Assembly (NCBI RefSeq): GCF_006345805.1
Contig: NC_043004.1
Span: 57,226,001-57,290,000, forward strand
Reading direction: 5' to 3'
DNA: 64,000 nt
DNA from: Octopus sinensis
Taxonomy: Eukaryota
The notes under the pieces: model-generated
What the model saw: only the letters and a program-made list of their open reading frames with translations
The model's database searches: none
Told to the model about the DNA's origin: nothing
Program-made: the position numbers and the translations under genes
In this document: positions 39,401 through 54,799 of the stretch, in pieces
Layout: every line of letters starts with the position of its first letter
How positions within the stretch are numbered: the first letter of the stretch is position 1

Positions 39401-40031
39401 TTAGGCCACTACTGTAGAAAAGTGATAATTTTAGAGCTATCCATCTTGAACTAGAAAGTAAGTGATAGTAATCTGCCTATGCGGTCGACGACCATCTTGC
39501 AATCTCGGACAATAGATGAACAGAGCTGACCAGGAGGGCTCTGAGGGAGTACGGGGTGGCAACGGAATCACATATGAAGTACGAAAATCATTTTACCTCC
39601 AGCTCAACACTCTACAGATCTCTACAGTCTTACACTCGTAAAGTACCTCGGGGTCTGCTCTTGATCTCTATGTCGAAAAGAATCGAATCGCTGCACAGTA
39701 TTCACATGATTTAAGAATAAATGATTGTTCAGTACGATATGCATGGGTGGGATTCATATTCATACGAAGGTCTGGATTACCTTAAAAGACCTTATAGTTG
39801 TTGCTATGTTCCATTGTGTTTGGAAGTCAGAGTTGTAATTCCACTGGTTGTACAGAACATACGTATCATTTGCTATTTGTGCATCAGTAAAGATCTCCTG
39901 GGAGTTCTTTCGTAAGGATATCGCAACGGAGAGCAATTATGGATCTCAGTTGTTGCAAGATCACAACTAAGTCAGTTTACTGATTGCTGTATGAATTCTC
40001 CAGGCAGAAGGCGCTGGTTGCTTTGGCATAC

Positions 40032-40080
<49 letters not shown>

Positions 40081-41001
40081 TTCAAAGACCTGGCATGCGA
40101 GGAGTGACCTCTGATTTTGAAGGTGGGCAAAACAACTGCTACTACTCATTCTAGTAACTGTATAAGGAATATTATATCTTGTTCAAAAATAGATGGCACA
40201 GGTTCATCGATATATATATATTATGCGCATTATTTGAATTTTTTATGTAAATGTACTTTTTAAAAAATATAATTGTCTTAATGTGTTTTCTTCCAATCCA
40301 AATCTTTTACGTAATTGTGTGGGTAGATACCCCCAAGTCTTGTATATAATTTTTATAAAGTTCTGTTGACGTACATATGAGGCCTTGTGGCAAATCATCG
40401 AAAACATCATCATCATATTCAGTATTATTTTATTTCAATTTTACATTGATTAGAAGAGAGTATTTTTAATTCATTATTTTCTCTTATCACAAAATATATT
40501 TTTATTAGAAATATATTGAGAGCTTAGATAAGAAAAATATCGATTGATTTTCAATGCTTCGTCTTAAAAATAAGTCAAAAGTGAATTAAAACAATGCATA
40601 GATTTTTTCTTTCTATATAATGTCAACTCATATATGTAATATAAATGCAGTCAGTTTTTCCCCTTTGATATTTCAGTGAAATTCAAATGTACTTTCTTTT
40701 TGTTCGAAAATTAAGAATTGTTCTTTTGTGTTTTTAGCATTGATTTTCGACATAGTCAGTCAGATAAAGCCTCATATTCAAGAAACACCTATTCATTTCG
40801 TACAATTTAAAGCAATTTCTCTCTTCAATTCGACTAGTTAAATATATCAAAAACTATTTTTCCTTTTGTGGGGGCGGATGTCTGTGGTAACCATTGTCTT
40901 CGATTCCAACGCCTCACATATATGTGTAATTGTGTTTATTATAAAGTACATTTCAGTCCTTCATTCAACGATGAATTTTAAATTATATTGGTAACCCATG
41001 T

Positions 41002-41218
41002 AAGACGATGTGTTCTGTAGAAAGGTTAGCACTCCGAGCAAAATGCTTAGTGGCATTTTGTCCGTGTTTACATATAGAGTTCAAAGTTTGTCGAGGTCGA
41101 ATTTGCATTTCATTATTTCGGGGTCGATAACATAAATAACAGTCGAGCGCTGCGGTCAATCAATCGACTTGCCCTCTCCTCGAAATTGCTGTTCTCGTGC
41201 AAAAATTTGAAACCAATA
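41002..41218 (+). mobile_element. Older SINE family B copy, tail type 2
   Basis: AGGTTAGCACTCCGAGCAAAATGCTTAG...GAGGTCGAATTTGCATTTCA...GGGGTCGATAA. Confidence 0.75.
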
Positions 41219-42118
41219 GTTCTAGTCCATGTCTAACCTTTCATGGCAATACTATTTCCAAGTAAAAAAACATCTTTTAAAGTGAAAAGAACCTTAGAGT
41301 TGATGGAAAAGAAGGCATTCAATTTCAGAATTTATATTCAAATTATTTCACTGGATTTTGCCAAACTCTAATGTTTGTGTGTTTACTATAACAGAACGAA
41401 ATACGAAGTGAAATATTATAGCCAAAACTATATACATAATAGATGGAAAATGAAGCGAGAGAATTACGGGAAGTACAAGAAATATGAATTATTAATTCAT
41501 AAGACCCAACATTTCTTTGATGAATGTGTCTGGTAGATTCCTTTCTCTGTCGTAAATTAGATATAAAAATTTCTATATGAATAACATAAAAATCTGAATA
41601 TAGCTGTTTTTCTGTTCTAAATGTCTACAGCGGCTCTACCAGAATACACTGGTTTTCGTCTTGTGACAAACAGTCTGAAACCAAGCCACTTGTTAGAGGA
41701 ATATATATACTTACTTGCACGTAAATTTTACAGAAATATTTCCAATGTATAAGGGCATGAAATAGATATGAATTATGAGTACAAAAAGATAATATTATAT
41801 TAGTCAAAATGCTAGGAGAGTAATTTAGGCATTGCATCCTGATCAAATGAATATAAAAAAGGTTAAGGCAATAGTATATATGAATAGGAAAACCTGTTTA
41901 TCACATGTCTGTTACAACTGGAAATATTTGCATATGGAAAATTATATAAGTTTTGAAACACATGGAGCAGAAGCAGGGTTCCATGTAAGCATTGCAGCTA
42001 TAATGGTTTCGTCTTTTTTACAAATAGTGACCCTAGGAATTATTTAAATGTTCTTTTCTTCTTTTTCAATTTTATGCAATTTTAAGATTTTCTTTACGGA
42101 CCTATTTTAACTCACCAG

Positions 42119-42136
42119 ATTGCAACAGACCCAACT
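42119..42136 (+). other. Candidate 18-nt microexon
   Basis: Pyrimidine-rich ...TTTTAACTCACCAG|ATTGCAACAGACCCAACT|GTAAGT; all three frames are open. Confidence 0.25.
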
Positions 42137-43176
42137 GTAAGTAGAAGCAAATGGTTGTTAATAGAAGGTTAAGTTAACTTCAAAGTACTGCGTAAGCTCA
42201 GGGGTTTACATCAGAATTTCAGATCAACTTAAGAACTAGTTCAGTTGTATTTTCCCTTATCCGTCATAATTTTATTGACTCGTGAACAAAAAAAATTGTC
42301 ACAACACAACAACGTTGTTTACATAACAACGTCAACTGTAATATTAAGATATGACATTTCTCCTTATGCTTCTTGGCTTCTTGAATCTATCCTCTCGTAA
42401 ACAAATTATCATTTTTATATCATATTACAAATTAAATTAGCTTTCATATTTGCGGGAAAATAAACACTTTAAAAAATCATGAATAAATATCATCCGTAAC
42501 TACAGCAAAATAATACTTAACTTCAACTTTATTTTTATTATTAGATTCATTACTAGTGTTACTGTGCAGGTGCAACAACCGAATGCTACATTTAAAAAAA
42601 TTACTCTGCTGATGTATTGTTTACAAAGCAATCCATTACGTTGGTCAAATGGTATGTGTGAACATGCTCGAGATACATATTCAGTGTGCTTATATTTCTG
42701 AAAACAGCGCTTTTAAAAGGATCGATTTTATTATGTTTCATTCTCCAGTTCAAGTATTACAATGACATCCATCCCCACGGAATGAACATGATAAATATGT
42801 ATCAATTAAATACAAGAGATATTTTCACACATCAAATTTAATGCACGCTTTGCAAATGTTAACTCTACACCAACTAAATATTATTTTTATTTGCGGAGTT
42901 TCTGTATTTTACAGAAATTTTTTTATTCTTACGGTATTATTGATAAAAGTCTACGAAAGGGAAGATTAGATTTTATGGAAGCGTAGGCGATAATGAATGC
43001 ACTGATAAAAGGGATGAGAAGTAATATCGCTCTGATCATATTATACAACCGTTCCTTGCTTTTTTTTTTACAAAATAAAAATATATCGATATCATTTAGA
43101 ATATTTTGATTCTTGGAATAGGAATTATTTATCAGATACAAATGAGATATTAAAAGAATTTGGTTCACATGACGTA

Positions 43177-43241
<65 letters not shown>

Positions 43242-43256
43242 ATATATATATATTAT

Positions 43257-43368
<112 letters not shown>

Positions 43369-43439
43369 TATATTAATATATATATATATATATAATATAT
43401 ATATATAATATATATATATATAATAATATATATATATAT

Positions 43440-43491
<52 letters not shown>

Positions 43492-43516
43492 ATATATATT
43501 ATATATATATAATATA

Positions 43517-43556
<40 letters not shown>

Positions 43557-43958
43557 GGCGCAGGAGTGGCTATGTGGTAAGGAGCTTGCTAACCAACCAC
43601 ATGGTTCGGGTTCAGTCCCACTGCGTGGCACCTTGGGAAAGTGTCTTCTGCTATAGCCCCGGGCCGACCAATGCCTTGTGAGTGGATTTGGTAGACGGAA
43701 ACAGAAAGAAGCCCGTCGTATATATGTATATATATATATTAGTGTGCGTGTATGTTTGTGTGTCTGTGTTTGTCCCCCTCGCATTGCTTGACAACCGATG
43801 CTGGTGTGTTTACGTCCCCGTTACTTAGCGGTTCGACAAAAGGGACCGATAGAATAAGTACTGGGCTTACAAAAGAATAAGTCCCGGGTTCGAGTTGCTT
43901 GATTAAAGGCGGTGCTCCAGCAAGGCCGCAGTCAAATGACTGAAACAAGTAAAAGAGT
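43557..43958 (+). mobile_element. SINE family A, full length
   Basis: Starts GGCGCAGGAGTGGCTATGTGGTAAGG, B-box-like GGTTCAGTCCC; embedded in (TA)n. Confidence 0.92.
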
Positions 43959-43968
43959 ATATATATAT

Positions 43969-44000
<32 letters not shown>

Positions 44001-45270
44001 CATACAGGTAGATAGATAGATAGATAGATAGATAGATATAGATGTCTAGACAGTCACACACATATATACATAAGAGATTATTTCGGGTATTGTAGAACAT
44101 TAGATATCAGTCGATGGCATCAGTTATTCGAGGATACATTCTAATAACTACAACTGACAATTACAGTGAATCATTTTTAAATAGCTATTTTTCCTATAAA
44201 GTAAGCTTGACACGGTTTCGATTCTTGATCCAATAATTTCATTTTAGTTTTGTCAATTTTGTTTAGAGGGATACCATGACGTAGTGATTGCAACAATAAT
44301 AATAAAAATTAATTCTCTGATGTATATTAAAGTGATCATTGCAAACTCTATAAAATGTTTTGATGGGGATATCTAGTACTCTAGAAAAAAATATCTTGTT
44401 TTAAGAGCATTACTAAAGTCCGTTGGGTGGAAATCTGCTTTAAGCACGCCACATAAGCCCTTATCACAAATTTGTTTTGGGAAATTTTTGAAAAGGTTTT
44501 GTGAATTTCTATTCTGCACACGAAGCTTCACACGATTATGAAAATAAAAGCGTATTTAAAAAAACAACGTGCTAATTTTTCGATTTTTTTCTTTTCTTTT
44601 AAATCACACTTTAAAATAGGGACAGCTCGAAGTTATGACTTAAATCTCAGTAATAGATCTTGGAATGTTGTTATAGGGAGAAAAATATCGAAAAACATGC
44701 ATACGTCAGAAACGGCTATGAAGAGAGTATGAGATATACAAAAAATAACAGCTAAATAGCCCTTAAGTCATGCACCAAATTTGTTCCACTTTTTAAATTT
44801 TTTTGTTTTTGCATAATCGTATGAATTCCCGTACGTATAACTAAGAGTCTCTGAGAATTCAAAAAAAAAAAAAAGTAAAAATTATTTGAAGTTGTATGGG
44901 ATGCGTAAACCAGAATTCTGCCGTCAGTAATATGAAGGTTTTACCATTAATATTTCCAGTGACATACATTTCATTGGCATTATCGAAAAGAGAATGAAAA
45001 AAATAGCGCTTTCGAATGTTATAACCCTTTCTGCATAATCGTAGTTGAAACTAATTGGGATCTAGAAGAAAAAATTTCTCCTTTATCACGGAGATAAAAA
45101 CATCTAATGGAAATAAACAATATTAATAGGAAATGTGCAGACAGTTATTGTACCTAAATAATATATATAATACTTTATAATAATAATAATTTATTTGTAA
45201 TAATAATAATACTTTATTTGTTCCACATCCTCGCGTTGTTGTCTTTCCGTTTTCTTGTTTGGATTAACTT

Positions 45271-45271
<1 letters not shown>

Positions 45272-45323
<52 letters not shown>

Positions 45324-46556
45324 TATATGTATATATGTATATGTATGTATGTATGTATGTATATATGTGTATATGTATGTATATATGTATGTATATATGT
45401 ATGTATGTATATATGTATGTATATATGTATGTATCTATATATGTATGTATATATGTATGTATATATATATGTATGTATATATATATATATGTATGTATAT
45501 ATGTATGTATATATATATGTATGTATATATGTATGTATATATATATATGTATGTATATATATATATGTATGTATATATATATATATGTATATATATATGT
45601 ATGTATGTATATATGTATGTATATATATATGTATGAATATATATATGTATGTATATATATATATGTATATGTATATATATATATGTATATATATATATGT
45701 ATATGTATATATATATGTATGTGTATATATATATGTATATATGTATGTATATATGTATGTATGTATGTATGTATATGTATGTATATATGTATGTATGTAT
45801 ATGTATGTATATATATGTATATGTATGTATATATGTATGTATATATACATGTATGTATGTTTATATGTATGTATGTATATATATATGTATGTATGTATAT
45901 ATATATGTATGTATATATATACATGCATGTATGTATATATATATGTATGTATATATATACATGCATGTATGTATATATATATATGTATGTATATATATAC
46001 ATGTATGTATGTATATATATATACATGTATGTATGTATGTATATATATATATACATGTATGTATGTATATATATATATACATGTATGTATGTATATATAT
46101 ATGTATGTATGTATGTATGTATATATATATATATATGTATGTATATATGTATGTATATATATATATGTATGTATATATGTATGTATATATATGTATGCAT
46201 ATATATGTATATATGTATGTATATATATATGTATGTATGTATGTATATATATGTATGCATATATATATTATATATATGTATGTATGTATATATGTATGTA
46301 TGTATAGATATTTATGTATGTATATATATGTATATATATATATATGTATGTATATATATATATATGTGTGTATATATATATATGTATGTATATATGTATG
46401 TATGTATATGTATATATGTATGTATGTATATATATATATATATGTATGTATATATATATATATGTAAGTATGTATATATATATATATGTATGTATATATA
46501 TGTATATATATGTATGTATATATATGTATATATATATATGTATGTATGTATGTATG

Positions 46557-46588
<32 letters not shown>

Positions 46589-46770
46589 TGTATCTATATA
46601 TATGTATGTATGTATATATATGTGTGTATGTATGTATGTATGTATATATATATATATATATGTATGTATATATATATGTATGTATGTATATATATATGTG
46701 TGTATGTATGTATGTATGTATGTATATATATATGTATGTTTGTATATATATATGTATGTATGTATGTATG

Positions 46771-46828
<58 letters not shown>

Positions 46829-47060
46829 CATGTGTGTATATATATATATATGTATATATGTGTGTATATATATATATATATGTATATATGTGTGTATATA
46901 TATATATGTATATATGTGTGTGTATATATATATATATGTATGTGTGTGTATATATATATATATGTATGTATGTATATGCATACATACATATGTATGTACA
47001 TATAATATGTACATGTATATATATATATATATATACATGTGTGCGTGTGTGTGTCTGCCT
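45272..47060. repeat. Compound (TA)n/(TATG)n microsatellite, about 1.8 kb
   Basis: Directly visible; generates ORFs up to 595 aa with no real coding content. Confidence 0.97.
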
Positions 47061-48014
47061 CTGTGTCTATGTGTGTAACAAAAATGTGCCCCGGAAAACA
47101 GCTCAGCGTAACTGGTGACATGAACTTGTACAAATAAAGACAAATAAAGATATGCTGAACAACATACACGGCAGATTGATGGTTAATTGAAATCGTTTGC
47201 GATTCGATTCCTTTGACAGAAATATATAGTGAGAGAGAAAGAAGGAGATAATGAACTAACGTATACTGTCCTTTGCTATCAGCACTAATTTAGGCGGTAG
47301 ACAATATTAGGAATAAGAAATCCCCTCTAATGACGTGTCTGCCATTTCTGTGGGCAAGCTGACACCTTTGAAGATATGTTTCAGCTCCAATACATGTTAT
47401 TAGTACAGCTAACGGTGACTGTCAAAAATGGGGTTTAAAATCTATCAAAAATAGGCACAATTTAAAACGAAGTGTTATTTGCACAATTAAAGACAAATTC
47501 AACGATGAGAATTAATTCGGCGATCTGTGTCCTTCATTTAGACAACAAATATAAATAACCTTGTGATCAATACCACTGTGTTTTTGTTGAGGAAATTTCT
47601 GGTTGTGTGTATATATGTGAGCGAGTGTATATGTATTTGTGTGTGTGTGTACCTTTTGGTGGCTATATCTGTACTTTAGCTTATAGCGGTGGGAGAATGA
47701 TATTGGCGTTGCATGAAAATGTATAAAATTATGTGCTGTCTGTCTTAAGTAACTTTGGTGTTTGATGATTTATGTACAGATCACTATTTGGTAAAAATCC
47801 GAACTATGAGAAGATGGGATCATTGGATGTGGTATCCAAAGACTAAATAACATCATCCAGATGAAGTCAAGATACTTGTTATAATTTCCGAACGAATTTC
47901 AATATTCAATGAAACCTCAATTATAAGCATTTTGCTTTCTTTACATATTCATAAACATAAATAATTAAAATAAATGATATTTAGTTTGCTTCTTGTTGAA
48001 ATTTAATTTTTTAT

Positions 48015-48050
48015 CTCTAACATTCTTATTTCTTTTATTTGCAGGTAAGT
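48015..48050 (+). promoter_or_regulatory. Candidate recursive splice site (3' splice site immediately followed by a 5' splice site)
   Basis: CTAAC branch point 48017-48021, T/C tract, CAG|GTAAGT at 48044/48045, no AG in the preceding roughly 58 nt. Confidence 0.55.
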
Positions 48051-49939
48051 TTAAACTATTCAGAAACGAACTGGAAAACTCTAAATTTGGTCAAGTAAGA
48101 GTCTTTTACTTCTACCTTCCAGGTTCATTTGATAATGGATTAAATCATATAAATGATGCTGTCATTCACTTTTGCTCCGACCAATTAGCATTTATAATAT
48201 CAATATAAAAATAATTGAGTGTTTATGTCTCCGGTACGTTTGTAAACTTTTATATATGCCTGGATATGTATGTGCGTGCATATATATACATACATGTATA
48301 TATTTGTGTGTGTGTACATATATGAACGTATGGAAATGTAGAGTTTGTGTGCATTTGTATAATACATGTGTGAGTGCTTGATGTATATTTTAACTATATG
48401 TGTGTATTCTATATGTTGTTGTATATGTATGTGTGTATATATCAGCGTGTGTTAGTGTAAAGTAATATTCTGTATTACTCTTGTCTTTCAATAAAAATGT
48501 TTGTTTTTAGTTGCAACCTACACACACTAACCGCCTCAGAGACATGTCGATTGCGTGGGATTGTCTTTAACACACAATCAATATGAACGCTTAAGATCTT
48601 TCGCTAATAACAAGCTAAATATCAGAGCGAAATGAAAATAGTCACTCAGAATTATTTAGCTGTTTAGAGATTTATCGATCGATAGATAAACTGCGTATAT
48701 GTCAGTATCATGGCTTAGCTGTGTTATAGGTACGTATCTTTTATTGAGTTTTGAATCTTAGTATGGTGTATCGGAATTGTTCTACTAACAAATCCGTTTA
48801 CGTTTAAGAGAGTAAAACTGGGATATTGACGAATCATACATTTATTTCAAACATACTTTTAGAATTGAATTTGTGATGAAAGACAAGAATGAATATTGTT
48901 ATATTCAGATACGTGCGAGAAAACTGCCAAATTAATGCGTTACAATTTCTATTTCGATCAACGTACACAGTCTACTTTAAGAAATCAAAATTCACGCCGT
49001 CATAGGTAGAGGTGTGTGAGACAATCAATGCTAAAAGGATTTAAAGTAGGAGAAAAAGTAAAAAAAACAATAGCGACAGCGTCACTATCCTTGTATACTA
49101 TACTGTACGTCTTGTTACGGATAATAACATCTAACAGTTATGAATATATTTCGGAGTTCAGTCGTAATTGCTGAGGAAATACAGAGTATATTTATAAAGT
49201 TCAATATTAATTTTCTAAAAGATCTAGTGCACTTGAGCTGTTACAAATAATAATTTCACAGAAACCTATATTTAATAAACTTATTTGTCAGTTCAGTTTT
49301 CTTATAAATTGCTAGCTAATCACAAAATCAATAATGTAGAAGATGCGTCGCTTACATTCGGAAAGAAATGCTACCTCATAGCAACATACACAAAATATAG
49401 TGTTATAAGCATATGATTCATAATGAAAATCTATTTGTACCTTAAACAGAAGAATCCAAATTAAAATATTAGATTAAAAAATAATATAGGAAAAGAAACG
49501 TTAAATACGTTTAGCCGAAAGTAAGATAATCTATAATCAAATATACAAGAAATAGGGAAATAAAAGTATTAATGAAACAAAGCAAATCTATTTCCACTTC
49601 TTTGGTTCAGGCGGAGAATGACAATGCAATACTACAAAAATATGTACTATAACAATATTTTAAGAACAAATTTGAAACATTTCATGCAATGATAGTCCAG
49701 AAAGGAATATTGTAACTATGAGACAGTAAATTCTGAAATTCAGCTGGAAAAGTACTAACTAATTTTCTTAATTAATCAATTATAAGCGATACTTGTTTTT
49801 CAACAAACTTATCAACATCTAGAGAAAGGGAGCATAAAATCATGGCGGATATATTTTTTAAGCAGGTGACATATATCTAATATTAATATCAAATACACAT
49901 TATACATGTATATGTACGTGTGTGTGTATTTATAAATAA

Positions 49940-49997
<58 letters not shown>

Positions 49998-50094
49998 TAT
50001 ATATATATTATATATATATATAGCAATGTAACATTTTGTGTGTGTGCGTGTATATATATATGTACATACACATACATACATGTAAACATCTTGC

Positions 50095-50125
<31 letters not shown>

Positions 50126-50573
50126 CTAAGGGAGATAGAGATGGTAGGGCCCTTACAGCATCTATATCTATATGAATAAAAATTATATTCAATAAATTAT
50201 ACATTCGGAAATGTAATGTAATTTGAGACTAAGATCATTCTCATTCCAGATCTAGATATTTTGCTCGTAAAATAATTAACTCTACTGAATTAAGCTTCAT
50301 TGTAAGCCATGCCTTTCGCATTTTAAACACGGGCTTCGTTCTTAACTCTGATTTGTGTTTAAAGTATTTCAATGCTACTGAGATAGATACAACGAGAACC
50401 ATCCACCTGCGTTTATATGCTTACTGCTATATAACGAAATAATCACGGAAGAGGTCACTGCTGTCCCATCGATCTTCATTTTACTTTCATGAATACGTAG
50501 AAGATACATTGGATAATATATGTTTAGCTTTACTATTCCTGAAATATATATATATGTACATATATAATATATA

Positions 50574-50626
<53 letters not shown>

Positions 50627-50711
50627 CATATATATATATATACACTATATATATATATATACACAATATATATATATAATATATATAATATATATATATA
50701 TATATATACAC

Positions 50712-50742
<31 letters not shown>

Positions 50743-50853
50743 ACAAACACATATATATATACACATATATATATATATATTATATATATACACACACATA
50801 TATATATACACATATATATACACACATATATATATATATATCTATATATATAT

Positions 50854-50891
<38 letters not shown>

Positions 50892-51013
50892 TAGAGATAA
50901 GTTTATCTCTTATTTATAAATTTTATCTCTAATTTACATAGGTTATATATTGTGAAATTTGATTTAGTATTACTAAATTGAAATTTTCCCTGTAAGTTTG
51001 GAATCATATTCCC

Positions 51014-51070
<57 letters not shown>

Positions 51071-51963
51071 TTTTATTATCATTATTATCGTTATTTTTAT
51101 TATATATATATTTATATATATGACCTCCAGTGGTTATCTTTTTATTACAGATCTGTTCCCTCGGATATAGAAGTAATAATATAAATTATGTCTGTAATTA
51201 TCAATAATTAAAAGAAACAAATTTGATTGCAGTATTAAGGCTGTAACTCACAAGCAATTACTGTCATATTCCAGTTAACTATTATACCTCCAAAAATTAA
51301 CCTTAATTTAAATAAGACCTTGTCGTTTTTTTATACACAATGGAATATATTTTTCCATTTATTTTGATTTAAACATGGAACAAGAACTCATCAGTTTTTT
51401 GAAATCCCGAGAATTAACCACTTGTGCTCAGTGTAGTTATGAATATAATTCCTAGAAAGAAATTTTACACATAGTTTTCTGCGAATGAAACCCCGCTATG
51501 TATGTGAAGATTTGATTTCTCTGATATGAAGTGGCTGCTAGTACTTTTCTTAAGACTGGAGGCGAAATTTATATAGCTAGTGAAAGAGTATTTCTGTTTT
51601 CCTCAAATATCATCATATACTCTAGAAGAAGATGGAATTGCGGTGGTTAGCATTTGATTATGATACTGCTCGATCAATATTGATCTCGGTCTAAATCCAA
51701 ATACCAATGTCCTAATAGTCTAATCTTTCCAGACGAAAGTTTTTAGACAAGTTCATTATTTTATTTCCATGTGGCAAAGTGTATAGGTGAAACCTTTTGT
51801 CGATGTCACGTCTCGAGAATTGCACACTGCGTACTAAAAACTTACATACCATGTTTGTACCATCTTTCCAAATTATTACTGAAAGAATATAAGCCCTGAA
51901 ATTAACAAACACGTTGTTTCGAGGCAATGGGTGGGGTAGAAAAATTCCTGATTGTGTGTGTTG

Positions 51964-52001
<38 letters not shown>

Positions 52002-53803
52002 CGCGCGCGTGTGTGTGTGTGATTTCTATCTACTCATACAACATGCTTTGTGTGAATTCAACAGTTCTAATAACGCCGAAAGAAAATAATATTGTATGGT
52101 GTAGTAATTCAATTACCCAGAGAATCTAACATATACGTTTGTGGCTGTGGTCATACACATACGTACATACCACCACGCATACACGCTCAAATATATATTA
52201 TATATATATATATATAGTGGGTGTTTGAGCATGTATATGTTTCCATGTATATGTGTTCTAGGAAGTAGGTTTATCTCGAAGTTGCCCTTAGTGAGCTTAG
52301 TAAGTAGTTATTTAATGTAATCCATTTTGAAACTTATATTTATTTCTTATTTTCATTTCACTCACTTCTCTCTCTCTCCTTTTCTCTCTCTCTCTCTCTC
52401 TCTCATTCTTTTTCCCTCCATCCGTCTCTCTATCCTCCTTTAATTTCTTTTTCTCTATTACCATAAACATATTTGAAAATAAACTAGCGCAAGAAAAATA
52501 TAACATTAACAGCAACAGTTACACTGTCAGAAGAAGCTGGAAAAACAAGAATAGCTACCAACATTCCAATTGATTTATTTTATTGATCAGTCAGTCAAGA
52601 CTAGTTTTTCCAGAATTGTATATGTTTATCATTTTGGTTACATGCCAATACACACATACATATACACACACATACATACTCTCATATCATACATATATAA
52701 TATATACACATGTATATACAAGCACACACACAAACGCACGCACACACAAAGATATAATCGGCCAGTTCCCAAACACCGAAATTAAAATAACGTGTTCCTC
52801 CTAATGACTCCACTGCATTCATAGTATGTGTACATTTTTTTCTGTTTTTCCTTCTATTGTGACGCAAACTTCGGTGGTTGTTGTTATAGTGAAGAATTGC
52901 TTTGTAATCTGTTTTCATTGATACGCTTCCCCACATACAGAGATTAGCATTAACGTTCTATATACACAGCTACCACTAAATTACTATTAACCCATTACAT
53001 GCACCAAAATAATTTATCATTCTACTGTAGCATGCTGTTGTTATGCCATTCCAGACATTTGTCTCGGTAGCTGTAAATGTTACTGGATGCGTAGGTTACC
53101 TGGCATGTTTTCAAGTATGTCATATTATGTGAAGGTTCCTATAAAACTTACCAATTGCTGTAATCATTGTATATATCTTTTCGTTGGTATTAGCATTAGT
53201 ACTTTCTCTATCTTGAGTTTGTGGATACTAGCATTTCTTGGTTTACCATATCCTCATATGTATTTATGGATGTATGTATGTATTTATGTATGTACATATG
53301 TATGTATGTGTGTGAGGGCTGGTACGTGCAAATTAAGGCAGTTTATAGAGCAGTGTTATCCAATGTTTGCTTAAAAATTGGGTCCACAATTATCAGTTTC
53401 TGTTCACGAAAACTTTGAGCGCTTGTCTTCTATTGAACACGTGTCTCCTTTTGCGCGTGTCTCCTATGGTGATTACGCTTGGAGTAAAGACCTTTGATGA
53501 AACGTTGTTTACATAAAGTGTATTCAAAGAGTTCCCATAGATTTCTCCTGTAATTCAACTGAATCTGTTTCAGGATTCTGTCACGTCTACATGAATCGAG
53601 ATTAGTAACACATTTTTAAGCAAGTCGTTTAGGAGATTGGCGACCTGAAAATGCGATGATCGCTAATGCAGACTAATATCCACTATAAATGCAAACACGC
53701 ACACACGTACACACACACATACACGCACACACAAACACACACGTACGCGCACAAATACACACATATATACAAACATGTATATATATATATATATTATATA
53801 TAC

Positions 53804-53854
<51 letters not shown>

Positions 53855-53863
53855 TATAAGGTC

Positions 53864-54166
53864 ATTTTTTTCTTGCCAAATAAACACACGCACTATATAT
53901 ATATATATTCGTTCTTCACTCTTTTATTATTTTTCTTATCTTAGCTTATGTCCAATGTCTGGAAATCTTTCAATCACACATTTGTAAACTTGTCAGCGAT
54001 TCTTCCATCGCACATGCTTCCTCATGTTCTGTTTAGTTCTTACTGAAGAGGTGACAGGTGTGTGAAGAAAGATTTCCAGACGATGGGCATAAAGTGAAAT
54101 AAAAACAATAATAAACTAGCGAAGAACGAATATACAGTGCGTGTGTTTATTAAGCATGAAAAAGAA
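53864..54166. repeat. Diverged inverted repeat, arms of about 120 bp
   Basis: 53864-53988 versus 54051-54166 (AATAAACACACGCACT..TTCGTTCTTC..GTCTGGAAATCTTTC). Confidence 0.75.
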
Positions 54167-54290
54167 TATCCATCCCGAAACATAACAATATCTTTTTCAA
54201 CACATGATTTCACATCAGCAAAACAAATGCATAAACACACACACACACGCACACACACACACGCACACACACGCACACACACACAGACAC

Positions 54291-54358
<68 letters not shown>

Positions 54359-54360
54359 TA

Positions 54361-54799
54361 GGCGCAACAGCGGCTGTGTGGTAATTAGCTTGCTACCAAC
54401 CACATGGTTCAGGGTTCAGCCCCACTGCGTGGCATCTTGGGAAAGTGTTTTCTGCTATAGCCCCGGGCCGACCAATGCCTTGTGAGTGGATTTGGTAGAC
54501 GAAACTGAAAGAAGCCCGTCGTATATATATATATATATATTAATATATATTGTGTTGTGTGTTGTGTGTCCTGTGGTGTGTGTATGTGTTTGTGTGTCTG
54601 TGTTTGTCCCCCTAGCATTGCTTGACAACCGATGCTGGTGTGTTTACGTCCCCGTCACTTAGAGGTTCGGCAAAAGAGACCGATATAATAAGTACTGGGC
54701 TTACAAAGAATAAGTCCCGGGGTCGATTTGCTCGACTAAGGGCGGTGCTCCAGCATGGCCGCAGTCAAATGACTGAAACAAGTAAAAGAGTAAAAGAGT
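54361..54799 (+). mobile_element. SINE family A, full length
   Basis: Same head, core and tail; tail repeat AGTAAAAG x2; expanded internal microsatellite. Confidence 0.92.

Noticed and set aside
45191-47169. ORFs up to 595 aa on both strands
   Set aside because: Same microsatellite artefact; also applies to ORFs near 19.4, 20.2, 27.9, 43.1, 50.4 and 60.3 kb.
47985-48044. Signal-peptide or transmembrane exon LKFNFLSLTFLFLLFAG ending at CAG|GTAAGT
   Set aside because: No in-frame ATG (stop at 47975-47977) and the upstream acceptor context is A-rich. The hydrophobicity simply reflects a polypyrimidine tract.
53145-53250. Minus-strand GYG and EKIYTMITAIG with a GTAAGT donor, recalling a K+ channel pore and S6
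   Set aside because: The two motifs are in different frames, too far apart and separated by a stop, and a microsatellite lies where the pore helix should be.
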